From: Candidatus Hadarchaeota archaeon
Lineage (GTDB): Archaea > CAYQAE01 > CAYVLA01
Assembly (NCBI GenBank): GCA_964621445.1
Contig: CAZUNO010000001.1
Span: 160,265-224,264, forward strand
DNA: 64,000 nt
Direction of reading: 5' to 3'
The stretch's first letter is position 1. The number at the start of each line of letters is the position of its first letter. The position numbers and the translations under genes were made by a program. The notes beneath the pieces are model-generated. The model was not told the origin of the DNA, made no database searches, and saw only the letters and a list, made by a program, of their open reading frames with translations. Below are positions 10,039-19,710 of this stretch, in pieces.

Positions 10039-11322
10039 ATGGGAAAAGACCTCATTGTTAGAAGATCTCAGCTATCTGGTGTGGTTACCGCACCAGGATC
10101 AAAGAGCGTGACCCATCGTGCCCTTGTTGTGGCCTCCCTAGCCAGGGGTCGATCTTACCTTGAGAATTGTCTCCGGTCTTTGGATACCGAAAGTACAATA
10201 AGAGGATTGCGAGCTCTTGGAGTCAAAATTGAGTTGGATCAAAACGGAGCTATCGTGCATGGGACGGGAAGCGGTTTTTTACAGCCGCAAGGCCCCATAA
10301 ACCTGGGGAACTCGGGTACCACTTTGAGGTTCATGACCACCCTTTGCGGCCTTGTCCCCGGGCCATGCGTTCTCGAGGGCGATGAATCGCTGAACTCAAG
10401 GCCGATGTCAGAATTATTGGAATGCCTGGATACAATTGGTGTAAAGGCGATTTCCCTGAAGGACAATGGTCGGGCCCCGATCAAGGTTCAAGGGAAGGGA
10501 AGAATTAGGGGAGGATCGACAAGCATAACTGGCATGACCAGCTCACAATTTATTTCCTCGCTTCTGCTGTCCTCCCCCTATTTCCAGCAGGGCCTAGATC
10601 TGCAGGTTGTTGAGGGCTTTAAATCAGGACCCTACATAACCCTGACCTCAGAGGTTATGAATGATTTTGGGGTTTCGGTGAGAAGGGAGGGCGAGATATT
10701 CAACGTGGAGCCCGGTAACTATACATCCCGTCGCTATAGGGTGGAGGGGGATTATTCATCGGCTGCCTTTCTAATGGCATCCGCGGCGGTTACCAATTCA
10801 TCGATCGAAATCGCTGGTTTGGACAGGTATTCGAGTCAAGCAGACAGATCCTTCTTAAATCATATCGGGAAGATGGGTCTGCATGTGGTCTGGAAAGGAG
10901 AACTTCTAGAAGTGGGAGGCTGTCCCAATCAGGGCATTGATTTGGATCTCTCCGATAGCCCGGATCTTGTTCCCCCGGCAGCAATAATGGGGGTCCTAGC
11001 CCCGGATACTACAACAATCCGTGGAGCCGAACATGTTAGGTTGAAGGAATCCAATAGGCTCAGGGTGCTTGCCCAAGAACTCAGCAAGATTGGTGTTCCT
11101 ATCGAAGAGACCGCTGATGGTCTAGTATTGGAAGGAGGCAATTTTCCAGAGGGAGGCGAGGTGGATTCCCACGGGGACCACAGGATTGCCATGTCCATGG
11201 CAGTTATTGGGATGGCCACCGATGGCCTGAAGGTTAAGGATGCCGGATGTATAGAGGTCTCCTACCCGAGATTCGTAGAGGATTTGATAGGCCTGGGTGC
11301 AGATCTACGGTGGGCTGCTTAA
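10039..11322 (+). CDS. aroA: 3-phosphoshikimate 1-carboxyvinyltransferase (EPSP synthase)
   Basis: [10 protein letters not shown] and APGSKS motifs, 427 aa. Confidence 0.85.
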   Translation: MGKDLIVRRSQLSGVVTAPGSKSVTHRALVVASLARGRSYLENCLRSLDTESTIRGLRALGVKIELDQNGAIVHGTGSGFLQPQGPINLGNSGTTLRFMTTLCGLVPGPCVLEGDESLNSRPMSELLECLDTIGVKAISLKDNGRAPIKVQGKGRIRGGSTSITGMTSSQFISSLLLSSPYFQQGLDLQVVEGFKSGPYITLTSEVMNDFGVSVRREGEIFNVEPGNYTSRRYRVEGDYSSAAFLMASAAVTNSSIEIAGLDRYSSQADRSFLNHIGKMGLHVVWKGELLEVGGCPNQGIDLDLSDSPDLVPPAAIMGVLAPDTTTIRGAEHVRLKESNRLRVLAQELSKIGVPIEETADGLVLEGGNFPEGGEVDSHGDHRIAMSMAVIGMATDGLKVKDAGCIEVSYPRFVEDLIGLGADLRWAA

Positions 11323-11723
11323 TCGTAAAGGTCAGGTCGAAGGGCGGATGGTATGATGGTGACCGGGATGGTTGCCCTTTCCATAACCTGGATTAGAACG
11401 TTGCCCTTGATCCATTTCTTTAGCGTTGGTTCCGCCGTTGCGCCCATGACGATTAGGTCCACGTTCTCCTCGTCGGCATAGTTCAAGATGCTATCGACAA
11501 CGTCTCCTTCCACGAGTTTGGTCTTTATTCGGACATCCGCATCCCGAGCGGCGTTCTCAAATATCTTTAAAGCCTTCTTCTCCTCCTCTTCGCTAAGTTC
11601 CGACCTATTTGACCTCACGTGAATTACAACCATTTCAGCATCAATATCCTTGCACAAACCCGCAATGAAATCAGCGCTTCTGGAAGCGGGCTCGGGGCCG
11701 GCAGTTGGAGCCAGTACCTTCAT
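11319..11723 (-). CDS. universal stress protein (UspA family)
   Basis: Usp fold motifs are present: VLAPTAG...MVVIHV...DLIVMGA. I chose the start at MKVLAP (ATG complement at 11721..11723). The longer listed ORF would overlap the convergent aminotransferase start. Confidence 0.6.
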   Translation of the reverse strand: MKVLAPTAGPEPASRSADFIAGLCKDIDAEMVVIHVRSNRSELSEEEEKKALKIFENAARDADVRIKTKLVEGDVVDSILNYADEENVDLIVMGATAEPTLKKWIKGNVLIQVMERATIPVTIIPSALRPDLYD

Positions 11724-11831
11724 GTAATCACGTGCCTGGTCGCCCCGATAAGATATAAAAGTGTGCCCCCCGAGCCGGGACGGGCTTGTGTAAGCGAAGC
11801 AAATACGATGAAAGACTAGGTTGTATGAGAT

Positions 11832-13028
11832 TTGACCGTTTCGGGATCGGATCGCGTAAGATCCATGTCCTATGCGATCAGAGAGGTAATCGAACATAGC
11901 AGGGTTCTGGAGAAAAAGGGCCACCGAGTCCTCAAGCTAAATATCGGGGATCCCGTGAAATTCGACTTCAGTACCCCCGATCATATAAAGAGAGCCTTCA
12001 TTCGGGCTATAGAGGAAGGCAGGTCCGGTTATTCCGATTCGGAGGGGATTCCTCCTCTATTGGAGGCAGCGGCCAGGAGTGAGAGGGATAAGGGCGTTGA
12101 AATCCAACCAGAGGACGTGGTGGCTACAACGGGGGTTACCGAAGGCCTAGAGATGGTTCTGGCGGCCACCCTGGATGAATCATCCGAGATACTCATTCCC
12201 GGGCCCTCATACCCCGCCTATGTTGAGTACCCAAAGCTTTTCGGGGCCGATCCGGTGGCCTATAGAAAGATCGAGGCCCAGGATTGGATGCCGGACCTGG
12301 ATGATATACGAAGAAAGATAACTCCCAGGACCAAGGCCATAATCATATGTTCCCCAAATAATCCCACGGGGGCCCTCTATTCCAAGTCGGAGATCGGGGC
12401 AATAATGGATATAGCTGCGGAGAACGAGTTACTGGTCATATCCGATGAGATCTATGATAGGGTCATATACGAGGAGGAAACCAACAGGCCTGCGGCCATA
12501 AACAAGGACGTCCCCACCGTTATTCTTAACGGTCTCTCAAAGGTCCACATATGTCCCGGCTGGAGAGTGGGATACATAGCCTTTAGGGATCCCAGGGGAG
12601 ATCTTGAGGATATCAAGGAAGGGGTGATGAAGCAGGCCAGGGCCAGGTTATGTGCCAACACGGTTGCCCAGTATGGCCTTCTCGCCGCTTTGGAGGGTCC
12701 CGATGAGCATGTTAGGGAGATGTGCCAGCGGCTGAAACCAAGACGAGATCTGGCAGTGAAGATGATCAATGAGATAGATGGCCTTTCAGTCACCGTGCCC
12801 AAGGGAGCATTCTACATGTTCCCCAGGATAGATCCCAGCATTACCACCGATGACAAACGGTTCGTCCTTGATGTTCTAGAAAATTGTCACGTTCTGTTGG
12901 TTCACGGCAGTGGCTTTCACCCACAATATGGAAAGGGTCACTTTAGGATAGTTTTCCTCCCGCCTGAAGAGGTTCTTGAAGAAGCGCTTGGACGTATAGG
13001 GGACTATGTTTCGAGCCTGGCCAACTAG
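11832..13028 (+). CDS. class I/II pyridoxal-phosphate-dependent aminotransferase (likely aspartate/aromatic)
   Basis: The PLP-aminotransferase fold shows LNGLSKVHICPGWRVGY (Lys in SK) and NPTGA. It is adjacent to the shikimate genes. Confidence 0.7.
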   Translation: MTVSGSDRVRSMSYAIREVIEHSRVLEKKGHRVLKLNIGDPVKFDFSTPDHIKRAFIRAIEEGRSGYSDSEGIPPLLEAAARSERDKGVEIQPEDVVATTGVTEGLEMVLAATLDESSEILIPGPSYPAYVEYPKLFGADPVAYRKIEAQDWMPDLDDIRRKITPRTKAIIICSPNNPTGALYSKSEIGAIMDIAAENELLVISDEIYDRVIYEEETNRPAAINKDVPTVILNGLSKVHICPGWRVGYIAFRDPRGDLEDIKEGVMKQARARLCANTVAQYGLLAALEGPDEHVREMCQRLKPRRDLAVKMINEIDGLSVTVPKGAFYMFPRIDPSITTDDKRFVLDVLENCHVLLVHGSGFHPQYGKGHFRIVFLPPEEVLEEALGRIGDYVSSLAN

Positions 13029-13549
13029 AGTTCACGGCGAAAATGCTTGATATTATCTCCCATATAATGCCTCACTATGAGGCCAAGGGCTTCCTCCCGG
13101 TTTTGAGCTTGATCCATCGTCCCCATCCAATCCGTTAACACATCCAGCTTGCCCTTGACGATTTCAAGGATGCTGTCCTTGTAGCTAATTCCCATCTCCA
13201 TAAGTTCCTTGAAATCCTTGTAATCCTTGCCGGATTTGGTCTCTATAGAAGTCATCACGTCGCGTATTATCCTGGCTGAGAGCTCATATGCTTCCTTGTG
13301 GTCCTGGTAAGAGGGCTTGAAATCACCCAACTTTTCCTGGGTATCCTTATCTAGTTTGGCGGGATGAAAATGTGTTTGATCCATTATTCTACGAATTTTT
13401 GAGATCAAAATCGGTCTCTTCTCTCTATTTCCGTCGCACATATTTAAGAGAGACTCTTTAATAATCTTATCAGCCTGGACCGGGCGATTCCCTTGGCGCA
13501 ACCTAAGGAAGAAGTGCTGGAATTCATAGATTCCCTGTCTCCATTTCAA
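13025..13549 (-). CDS. hypothetical protein
   Basis: A 174-aa ORF with no motif I recognise. The start may be internal. Confidence 0.3.
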   Translation of the reverse strand: MKWRQGIYEFQHFFLRLRQGNRPVQADKIIKESLLNMCDGNREKRPILISKIRRIMDQTHFHPAKLDKDTQEKLGDFKPSYQDHKEAYELSARIIRDVMTSIETKSGKDYKDFKELMEMGISYKDSILEIVKGKLDVLTDWMGTMDQAQNREEALGLIVRHYMGDNIKHFRREL

Positions 13550-14179
13550 TGGATGACCTATCTGAGCTACATTGTAAGGCCCTCTAGCAGGCTCCCCCAG
13601 CCGGTAAGATTGGATCTTACTCGAGCTTGCGTGGGCGGGGATCGATGCGCCACGATTTCCTGCTTCGAGGAGGCCTCAAAGGAGGTGGAGGATTACGTCA
13701 ACCGACTCTGCGACCTGAAGATAAATTTTGAGGTTATACCAAGTCTGGAGGCGACAAGATCAAAGCTCAGAGATGCCATAGAGCGTGAGCTGCTAATGGT
13801 CATAAACGACCTCGATGACTTGTCAAAGGGATTCCTGGATGAGTACCTTTCCGTAAGGAGATACAGGGTTTCCGGTTCCCTTGATGTTAACGCCAATTAT
13901 GGTTTGATCATCTATGGCAAGGTTCCCCGTAGAACGAAGTACGGGAACCCTGAGGCTGCAACCTACAACAAGTTGGGTAGAGCAGTCTACAAATTGCTGG
14001 AGCAGCAGAGAAGAGCTTTTGGTTTTCATATAGTGAAACCTGAGGACCTTCAGAAGCAGAGAAAGCCTAGGATAGAGCCCGAGTCGCCATACTCGGATTC
14101 CTACCTTTTGAGTTCGTATTTCTCGAAGTACAGGGAAAAGTTCATCGTGGACACCGGGATAAAGAGCATATGGCGTTGA
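13493..14179 (+). CDS. hypothetical protein
   Basis: A 228-aa ORF with coding-like composition. Its 5' end overlaps the previous ORF, so one of the two starts is later than listed. Confidence 0.35.
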   Translation: MAQPKEEVLEFIDSLSPFQWMTYLSYIVRPSSRLPQPVRLDLTRACVGGDRCATISCFEEASKEVEDYVNRLCDLKINFEVIPSLEATRSKLRDAIERELLMVINDLDDLSKGFLDEYLSVRRYRVSGSLDVNANYGLIIYGKVPRRTKYGNPEAATYNKLGRAVYKLLEQQRRAFGFHIVKPEDLQKQRKPRIEPESPYSDSYLLSSYFSKYREKFIVDTGIKSIWR

Positions 14180-15757
14180 TTAGAGGCTGAGTGTCTCTAC
14201 CCTCTCCATTCCTTTCATGCTTCTCAGTTCCTTAATAAGATCCGCGGGTACTTCTCTATCGGTCTGTATTACCATTACCGCCAGGTCTCCCATCTTTTTC
14301 CTTGAAACCTGCATGGTGGCTATGTTGATTCCCGAAGAGCCCAGCCTGGTTCCCACGGCTCCCACCATCCCAGGAATGTCCCTGTGTTCGGTGATTAGTA
14401 TATGTCCCTCGGGGGCGAATTCAAGGTCATAATCCGCAAGACCAACTATCCTTGGCTTATTGGAATCGAGAAGCGCTCCCTTGACCGTCCATTCATTCTC
14501 GGATGTCCTGACCTTTAGCTGTAAACTACTAAGATAGACGTCCCTTGCGCTGCTCCGGGAGATCTCGGTTTCGATTCCCATTCTCTCGACGGCGGTCATA
14601 ACGTTGACTATATTAACTTCATGAAACTGTGACAGTATTCCCAGCATGAATCTTCTCATCAGGTAGTCCGCATCCTCGACTTCGGTTGCCTCTCCTAGCA
14701 GGGATAATGACGCCAATTCCGGCCTGCTATCCACGAACAATGTAAGGATCTCAACCATCTTTCCCGTCAACTCCAGGTAGGGCTGTAGACCTCGAAGCGA
14801 CTTCCGGTCGATATAGGGCATATTTACCGGATTCCGCGTCGGCTTGCCTTTAAGCGCTTCTAGTACCTCGTCGGCAATTACCCTGGCTATTTGACTTTGG
14901 GCCTCGTGGGTTGAGGCTCCCAAGTGAGGGGTCAGTATCAGGTTCTCAATACGTGAAAGCTCATTAATCCGGGATCTGTCAAAGACATCCAGAGCGGCGC
15001 AGGCGATTTTCCGGTCTCTCAGCGCACCGATCAATGAGTCAGCATCTACAACCTGGGCCCGGGAGGTGTTGACTAGAATGGCGTTCCTTTTCATCCTCTG
15101 TAGCTCCTCTTCACCTATTAGGCCCCTTGTGGATTCGGTGAGTGGAACATGCAGGGTTACAAAATCCGATTTTGCAAGAAGGTCCTCCAGCTGAACCAGT
15201 TCCGCCCCCATCTTGTTGACATATTCCTCGGATGCGTAGGGATCGCTTACCAAAATATTTAGACCAAATCCCTTGGCTATGGTTGCCACCTTGGTGCCAA
15301 TTCTGCCCAGGCCTATTATTCCAATATTCTTTCCCTCTATCTCCCTACCCACTAAATTTGATTTCTTCCATTCACCCTTGGTAAGGGATTCATTGGCCCT
15401 TGCTATTTTCCGGGAGGCGCATAAGAGTAGGGCGAAAACATGTTCGGCAACTGAGGTAGTGGAGGGATCGGGTGAGTTGACCACTAGAATTCCCTTCTCG
15501 GTTGCGGTTTCGATATCTATATTATCGGTGCCCACCCCGGCCCTGGCGATAACCCTTAGTTTACTAGCTCTGGCGAGTACTTCACTATCCACCTTGGTTC
15601 TAGATCTAATGACCATGGCCTCGAATTCCCCGATGGTGTCCAGTAGTTCCTGCCTTGAGATCCGGGGCGAGTTCACGACTTCGTTTTCCTTTCCAAGAAT
15701 CTTCAATGCCGTTTCCCGGATGGGATCGCAGATTAGGATCTTAGCCATGAGAGTCAC
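14180..15757 (-). CDS. serA: D-3-phosphoglycerate dehydrogenase (with C-terminal ACT domain)
   Basis: 525 aa, with a 2-hydroxyacid dehydrogenase fold (GIIGLGRIG) and a C-terminal ACT region. Confidence 0.8.
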   Translation of the reverse strand: MTLMAKILICDPIRETALKILGKENEVVNSPRISRQELLDTIGEFEAMVIRSRTKVDSEVLARASKLRVIARAGVGTDNIDIETATEKGILVVNSPDPSTTSVAEHVFALLLCASRKIARANESLTKGEWKKSNLVGREIEGKNIGIIGLGRIGTKVATIAKGFGLNILVSDPYASEEYVNKMGAELVQLEDLLAKSDFVTLHVPLTESTRGLIGEEELQRMKRNAILVNTSRAQVVDADSLIGALRDRKIACAALDVFDRSRINELSRIENLILTPHLGASTHEAQSQIARVIADEVLEALKGKPTRNPVNMPYIDRKSLRGLQPYLELTGKMVEILTLFVDSRPELASLSLLGEATEVEDADYLMRRFMLGILSQFHEVNIVNVMTAVERMGIETEISRSSARDVYLSSLQLKVRTSENEWTVKGALLDSNKPRIVGLADYDLEFAPEGHILITEHRDIPGMVGAVGTRLGSSGINIATMQVSRKKMGDLAVMVIQTDREVPADLIKELRSMKGMERVETLSL

Positions 15758-15794
15758 CTAGTTTGAGTTTGAGCTACACAATAAATGTCGTATG

Positions 15795-16373
15795 TCACCG
15801 GCCGGATAGATGGGGGTTCTCGGGGATGTAGAATCTTAGGGGAAGTTCCTTGCCCTTGCTAAGGCCTATCCTCTTGCTGACCTCTATCCTTCTAGGTTCA
15901 CCCCGACCCGAGGTGAAGAAGAGAACCTCGTCCGTCAGGTCCAGACCATTATGCCTTTTATCTATGTCCAGCGCCTGGGTCAGTTTGGCCGGTCCACTGG
16001 TGAGTTCCTCAAGCTCACTTCTTCGCCTCCTTTCCATCATCTTATCAATCCCTTTTACGGGTTCCAAGGCCCTAATCAACACCGCTCCAGCCTCCCCAGG
16101 GGGCTTGGCAACGGCGTTGAAACAGTAATGCATCCCATAAGTAAAATAAACATATGCTATAGCGGCCTTGCCGAACATCACCGAATTCCTCGGTGTCCTG
16201 CGTGTTGATGCATGGCTCCCGGCATCGTTTCTCCCCAGGTAGGCCTCGGTCTCGACAACTATGCCGGATACTACTTCCTTCTCGGTCCGGTGAACCAGTT
16301 TGCTTCCCAGTAGATCCCGGGCAACTTCCTGGGTGGGCCTCTGGTAGAACTTCCGGGGGAGCAGTTTTTCCAT
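15795..16373 (-). CDS. DNA-3-methyladenine glycosylase (AAG/MPG family)
   Basis: VVETEAYLG and FTYGMHYCFN are hallmark AAG motifs. Confidence 0.75.
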   Translation of the reverse strand: MEKLLPRKFYQRPTQEVARDLLGSKLVHRTEKEVVSGIVVETEAYLGRNDAGSHASTRRTPRNSVMFGKAAIAYVYFTYGMHYCFNAVAKPPGEAGAVLIRALEPVKGIDKMMERRRRSELEELTSGPAKLTQALDIDKRHNGLDLTDEVLFFTSGRGEPRRIEVSKRIGLSKGKELPLRFYIPENPHLSGR

Positions 16374-16793
16374 TCACTCACCGATAATTTGAAGGTGTAA
16401 GGTTCTGTGTCGGGGACGGGTGTCAAGCTCTACGAAAACTATCTGTTGCCAGGTTCCAAGTAGCAGTTTTCCGTCCTTGAAGGGGACGGTGATATCAGGC
16501 CCCATTATGCTGGCCCTTACATGGCTCCTACCGTTATCATCTCCCCAGGTCTCGTGATGTGCGTAGTATTCGTCTTTGGGGGCGATCCTCTCCAGAGCGG
16601 CCGGTAGATCGGTGAACACTCCGGGCTCGAATTCTGTGGTCGTCAGGGACCCGGTCGACCCGGGGACGAAAACGGTGACCGTCCCTGTGGTCATCCCTGA
16701 TTTCTGGACGGCGGATTGTACCCGATCGGTGAGGTTAATCACGTCGAGTTCTTTCTTGGTATCTAGTTCGAAGGTAACGGTCTTGGTGGGCAT
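16374..16793 (-). CDS. YjbQ/UPF0047 family protein
   Basis: 139 aa with the YjbQ signature: VHLQIIGE at the C-terminus and TGTVTVFVPGST. Confidence 0.65.
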   Translation of the reverse strand: MPTKTVTFELDTKKELDVINLTDRVQSAVQKSGMTTGTVTVFVPGSTGSLTTTEFEPGVFTDLPAALERIAPKDEYYAHHETWGDDNGRSHVRASIMGPDITVPFKDGKLLLGTWQQIVFVELDTRPRHRTLHLQIIGE

Positions 16794-17040
16794 GGTACAA
16801 TGATTTTTATTCTCAGGTTTGATAAAGCCTTACGTACGATATGGCCATGGTTTCATTTATATATCTGAGAATTTTATATAAATTTGTAAAGAGACCCTTT
16901 GCAACATACCGCCAACCCCCCAAAGATGCTGAAGAAGACGTGAAATATCTTCCCCGAATCACGTTTTCTGATGATGCATCTACCTCCAATATTACTAGCG
17001 ACAATAAACCGTTTAAGAGACCCGGCCATGAACTCTTTCC

Positions 17041-17757
17041 ATGGAGAGTGAGGAATCTCGTGGGTTGGCCAGAAAGATAGCGGGGGAAATTTCCACTTCG
17101 CCGCGGCCCTGGGAGGCGATAAGGAAGTGGAGAAATATCTTCGATTTGTCGCAGGCAGATCTCGCCCAGGCCATGGACGTTTCACCATCAGTGATAAGCG
17201 ATTACGAATCGGGTAGGAGAAAATCACCGCGCATAGATACCATAAAGCGCATAATCAAGGCGCTTTTTGAAACCGATTTGTCCCGTGGGGGAAGCACTAT
17301 GAAATCCCTAACCCGGATGGTTGTACCCGAGATGCCGGAAGGGGTTGTTCTGGCCATTCAGGAGTTCTCCGCGCCGATTCAAGGGAATAGACTTCTGGAA
17401 AAGGTGGAGGGAAGCGTTGTTGTGGGCGAGGATTTCATCGACAGAGATCTTTTTGGTTTTACGGTAATTGACAGCGTCAAGGCCATACTTGAGCTTAGAA
17501 GTAGTGATTTCATGAAATTTTATGGCTTGACCTCGGAAAGGGCATTAATATTCACCAGGGTATCCACTGGAAGATCACCCTTTGTGGCCATAAAGGTCGG
17601 TGGCATTAATCCTGGGTTGGTGGTCCTACACGGGGCGAATCTTTCCGGGATCGATCAGCTAGGAAAAAGAATTGCCGAAAAGGAGAATATACCGGTTGCG
17701 ATATCCAAGTGCCCAACAGTGGAGGATCTGATTGATGGACTCAGAAGCCTAAGTTAG
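17041..17757 (+). CDS. HTH (XRE-like) transcriptional regulator, archaeal COG1395-like
   Basis: LSQADLAQAMDVSPSVISDYESGRRKSP is an XRE-type HTH. A C-terminal extension follows. Confidence 0.55.
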   Translation: MESEESRGLARKIAGEISTSPRPWEAIRKWRNIFDLSQADLAQAMDVSPSVISDYESGRRKSPRIDTIKRIIKALFETDLSRGGSTMKSLTRMVVPEMPEGVVLAIQEFSAPIQGNRLLEKVEGSVVVGEDFIDRDLFGFTVIDSVKAILELRSSDFMKFYGLTSERALIFTRVSTGRSPFVAIKVGGINPGLVVLHGANLSGIDQLGKRIAEKENIPVAISKCPTVEDLIDGLRSLS

Positions 17758-18051
17758 GCTATTCCTCTTCTTCTGAAGGACGCAGAAGGAGCCAAGAATA
17801 GAACATCAATGCTATCGAGATAAAAATTATCATGAACATTAAAATTATCCATATACCGCCCATTTTCATTGGTCGTTCACCCCTCTACCGAGAATCAGCC
17901 TCGACAAGTTTCTTTCTTTCCGCCCTTCGATTGAGATATAAATGTTACGATTAATGGATCAAAGGCCCTTCCTGCCCTTTTGCCGAGATCTTCAATTCCG
18001 GAATTTGGATTTGGGCAATAAACAAAAGGAATAGAGAAAAATACTCCTTCA

Positions 18052-18711
18052 TTGAAAGCTCGAGACCGGGGATTTCCGTGGGTTACCCTCTTTCTAATCG
18101 TATTTAATCTGGTAGCATTCGGGTTAACCACCGGACCAACCCTTGAACTGGAACCTGGAATGGCAGTCCGGTACGGTCTAGTGCCCTCCCGATTACTTTC
18201 CGGTGATAACCCATGGTCCATAATGACCCACATGTTTGTACATGCCGAAATCTTCCACCTTTTTTTCAACATGTTGGCCTTGATGTGGCTCGGCTCATCA
18301 CTCGAACCCCGAATTGGAAAGGCGGGGTTCCTGGCCGTGTATATCGCGTGTGGAATGATGGCTGGGATTGGTTTTGGCATCTTCAATGCGGCTGTGAATG
18401 TGCCGGCAGTGGGCGCCTCGGCGGCGATATTTGGTTTGATGGGGACTCTATCGCTCCTATACCCAACCAGTTTCGTGGTAATTTTGGTAATCCCGGTTCC
18501 AATCATGCTGATTTCGACCGTTTATGCGATAGTAACGGTGGTCACCATACAAAGCGGGAATACGGGACCGGTTGGTCACCTTGCTCATCTGATTGGAATG
18601 GCCAGCGGCATGTTACTTGCCTTTCTAATGGAACCCCAAGACGCATTAAAGGGGATGGTTATTTTCATTATGTGCTTCATAGGCATAGTTATTGCTATCC
18701 AGATAATCTAG
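18052..18711 (+). CDS. rhomboid-family intramembrane serine protease
   Basis: Multi-TM protein with a GASAAIFG catalytic Ser motif (GxSx) and a downstream HLAHLIG His. Confidence 0.7.
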   Translation: MKARDRGFPWVTLFLIVFNLVAFGLTTGPTLELEPGMAVRYGLVPSRLLSGDNPWSIMTHMFVHAEIFHLFFNMLALMWLGSSLEPRIGKAGFLAVYIACGMMAGIGFGIFNAAVNVPAVGASAAIFGLMGTLSLLYPTSFVVILVIPVPIMLISTVYAIVTVVTIQSGNTGPVGHLAHLIGMASGMLLAFLMEPQDALKGMVIFIMCFIGIVIAIQII

Positions 18712-18783
18712 ACGCCCCTTTGCCTTTTCCATCAATTTTTCCTGGATAATCAAGTCACATATTAAAACAAAAAGGCGCCCAGG

Positions 18784-19710
18784 TTGAATATGAAGGTGCT
18801 AGTTACCGGTGGAGCAGGCTTCATCGGGTCAAATCTCTCCAACCTGCTTTATGAGAGGGGGTATGAGGTCATCGCTCTGGATGATCTGAGCCTGGGAGTG
18901 CCCGTGAACCTCCGAGATCAGGTCGAGCTGGTGGATGGCTCGGTAACCGATTTTCAAACCGTTAAAGGCTGCATGGAAGGCGTTGACGCGGTATTTCATC
19001 TCGCCGCCAAGAGCAGCGTGACCATGATCGACGATGATCCGATATCCGGAGAGGAGGTAAACGTTGGCGGTTTTCTGAAGATACTGGAGGCCGGTGAGGA
19101 GGAAGGTATTCGTCGCGTGGTTTATGCCTCAACGAGCAGCATGTATAGCTCGATTGAGCCTCCCCACCGGGAGGATGCCTACATTATTCCCCGAACCCTT
19201 TACGAGCAGAACTTTCTTGCCAGGGAGCACATAGCTGGTATCTATTCTGCTACCAGGGACGTGGAGACGGTGGGCATGAGATTCTTTAGCGTATACGGCC
19301 CCAATGAGTGGCATAAGGGGGAATACGCCAACCTGGTTAGCCAGTTTTTATGGTCGATGATGAAGGACGAGAGACCTGTGCTTTACGGTGACGGGAGTCA
19401 AACCCGGGATTTTACCCATGTCTTGGACGTCTGTGAAGCCTTGATTCTCGCTTCCGAGGTCCAAGGTGTAAGCGGGGATGTTTTCAACGTTTGCACGGGG
19501 GAGAACTACGATCTCAATCAACTGGTGGAGATGATCAACCAGGAGCTAGGAACGGATATAGAACCCGAGTATGTTCCGAACCCTCTCGACATGTATGTTC
19601 AATCAACGCTCGGAGACCCACAAAAGGCAAGGGAAAAACTAGGCTTCGAAGCCTCCATCTCCCTTGAAAAGGGTGTATCCATGCTGGTGGCCGAGCAACA
19701 GGAGCACTAG
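18784..19710 (+). CDS. NAD-dependent epimerase/dehydratase (UDP-sugar 4-epimerase-like SDR)
   Basis: VLVTGGAGFIGSNL Rossmann motif and YxxxK. Confidence 0.75.
   Translation: MNMKVLVTGGAGFIGSNLSNLLYERGYEVIALDDLSLGVPVNLRDQVELVDGSVTDFQTVKGCMEGVDAVFHLAAKSSVTMIDDDPISGEEVNVGGFLKILEAGEEEGIRRVVYASTSSMYSSIEPPHREDAYIIPRTLYEQNFLAREHIAGIYSATRDVETVGMRFFSVYGPNEWHKGEYANLVSQFLWSMMKDERPVLYGDGSQTRDFTHVLDVCEALILASEVQGVSGDVFNVCTGENYDLNQLVEMINQELGTDIEPEYVPNPLDMYVQSTLGDPQKAREKLGFEASISLEKGVSMLVAEQQEH

Noticed and set aside
13025-13549. Possible chorismate-mutase or shikimate-kinase identity for the hypothetical next to the shikimate cluster
   Set aside because: The sequence has no P-loop (so not shikimate kinase) and no recognisable AroQ helical signature. 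I left it as hypothetical.
17895-18506. Minus-strand 203-aa ORF overlapping the rhomboid gene
   Set aside because: The plus-strand frame encodes a clear rhomboid protease (GxSG and His motifs, 6-7 TM helices). The minus-strand ORF has no motifs and a Pro/Arg-rich antisense composition.
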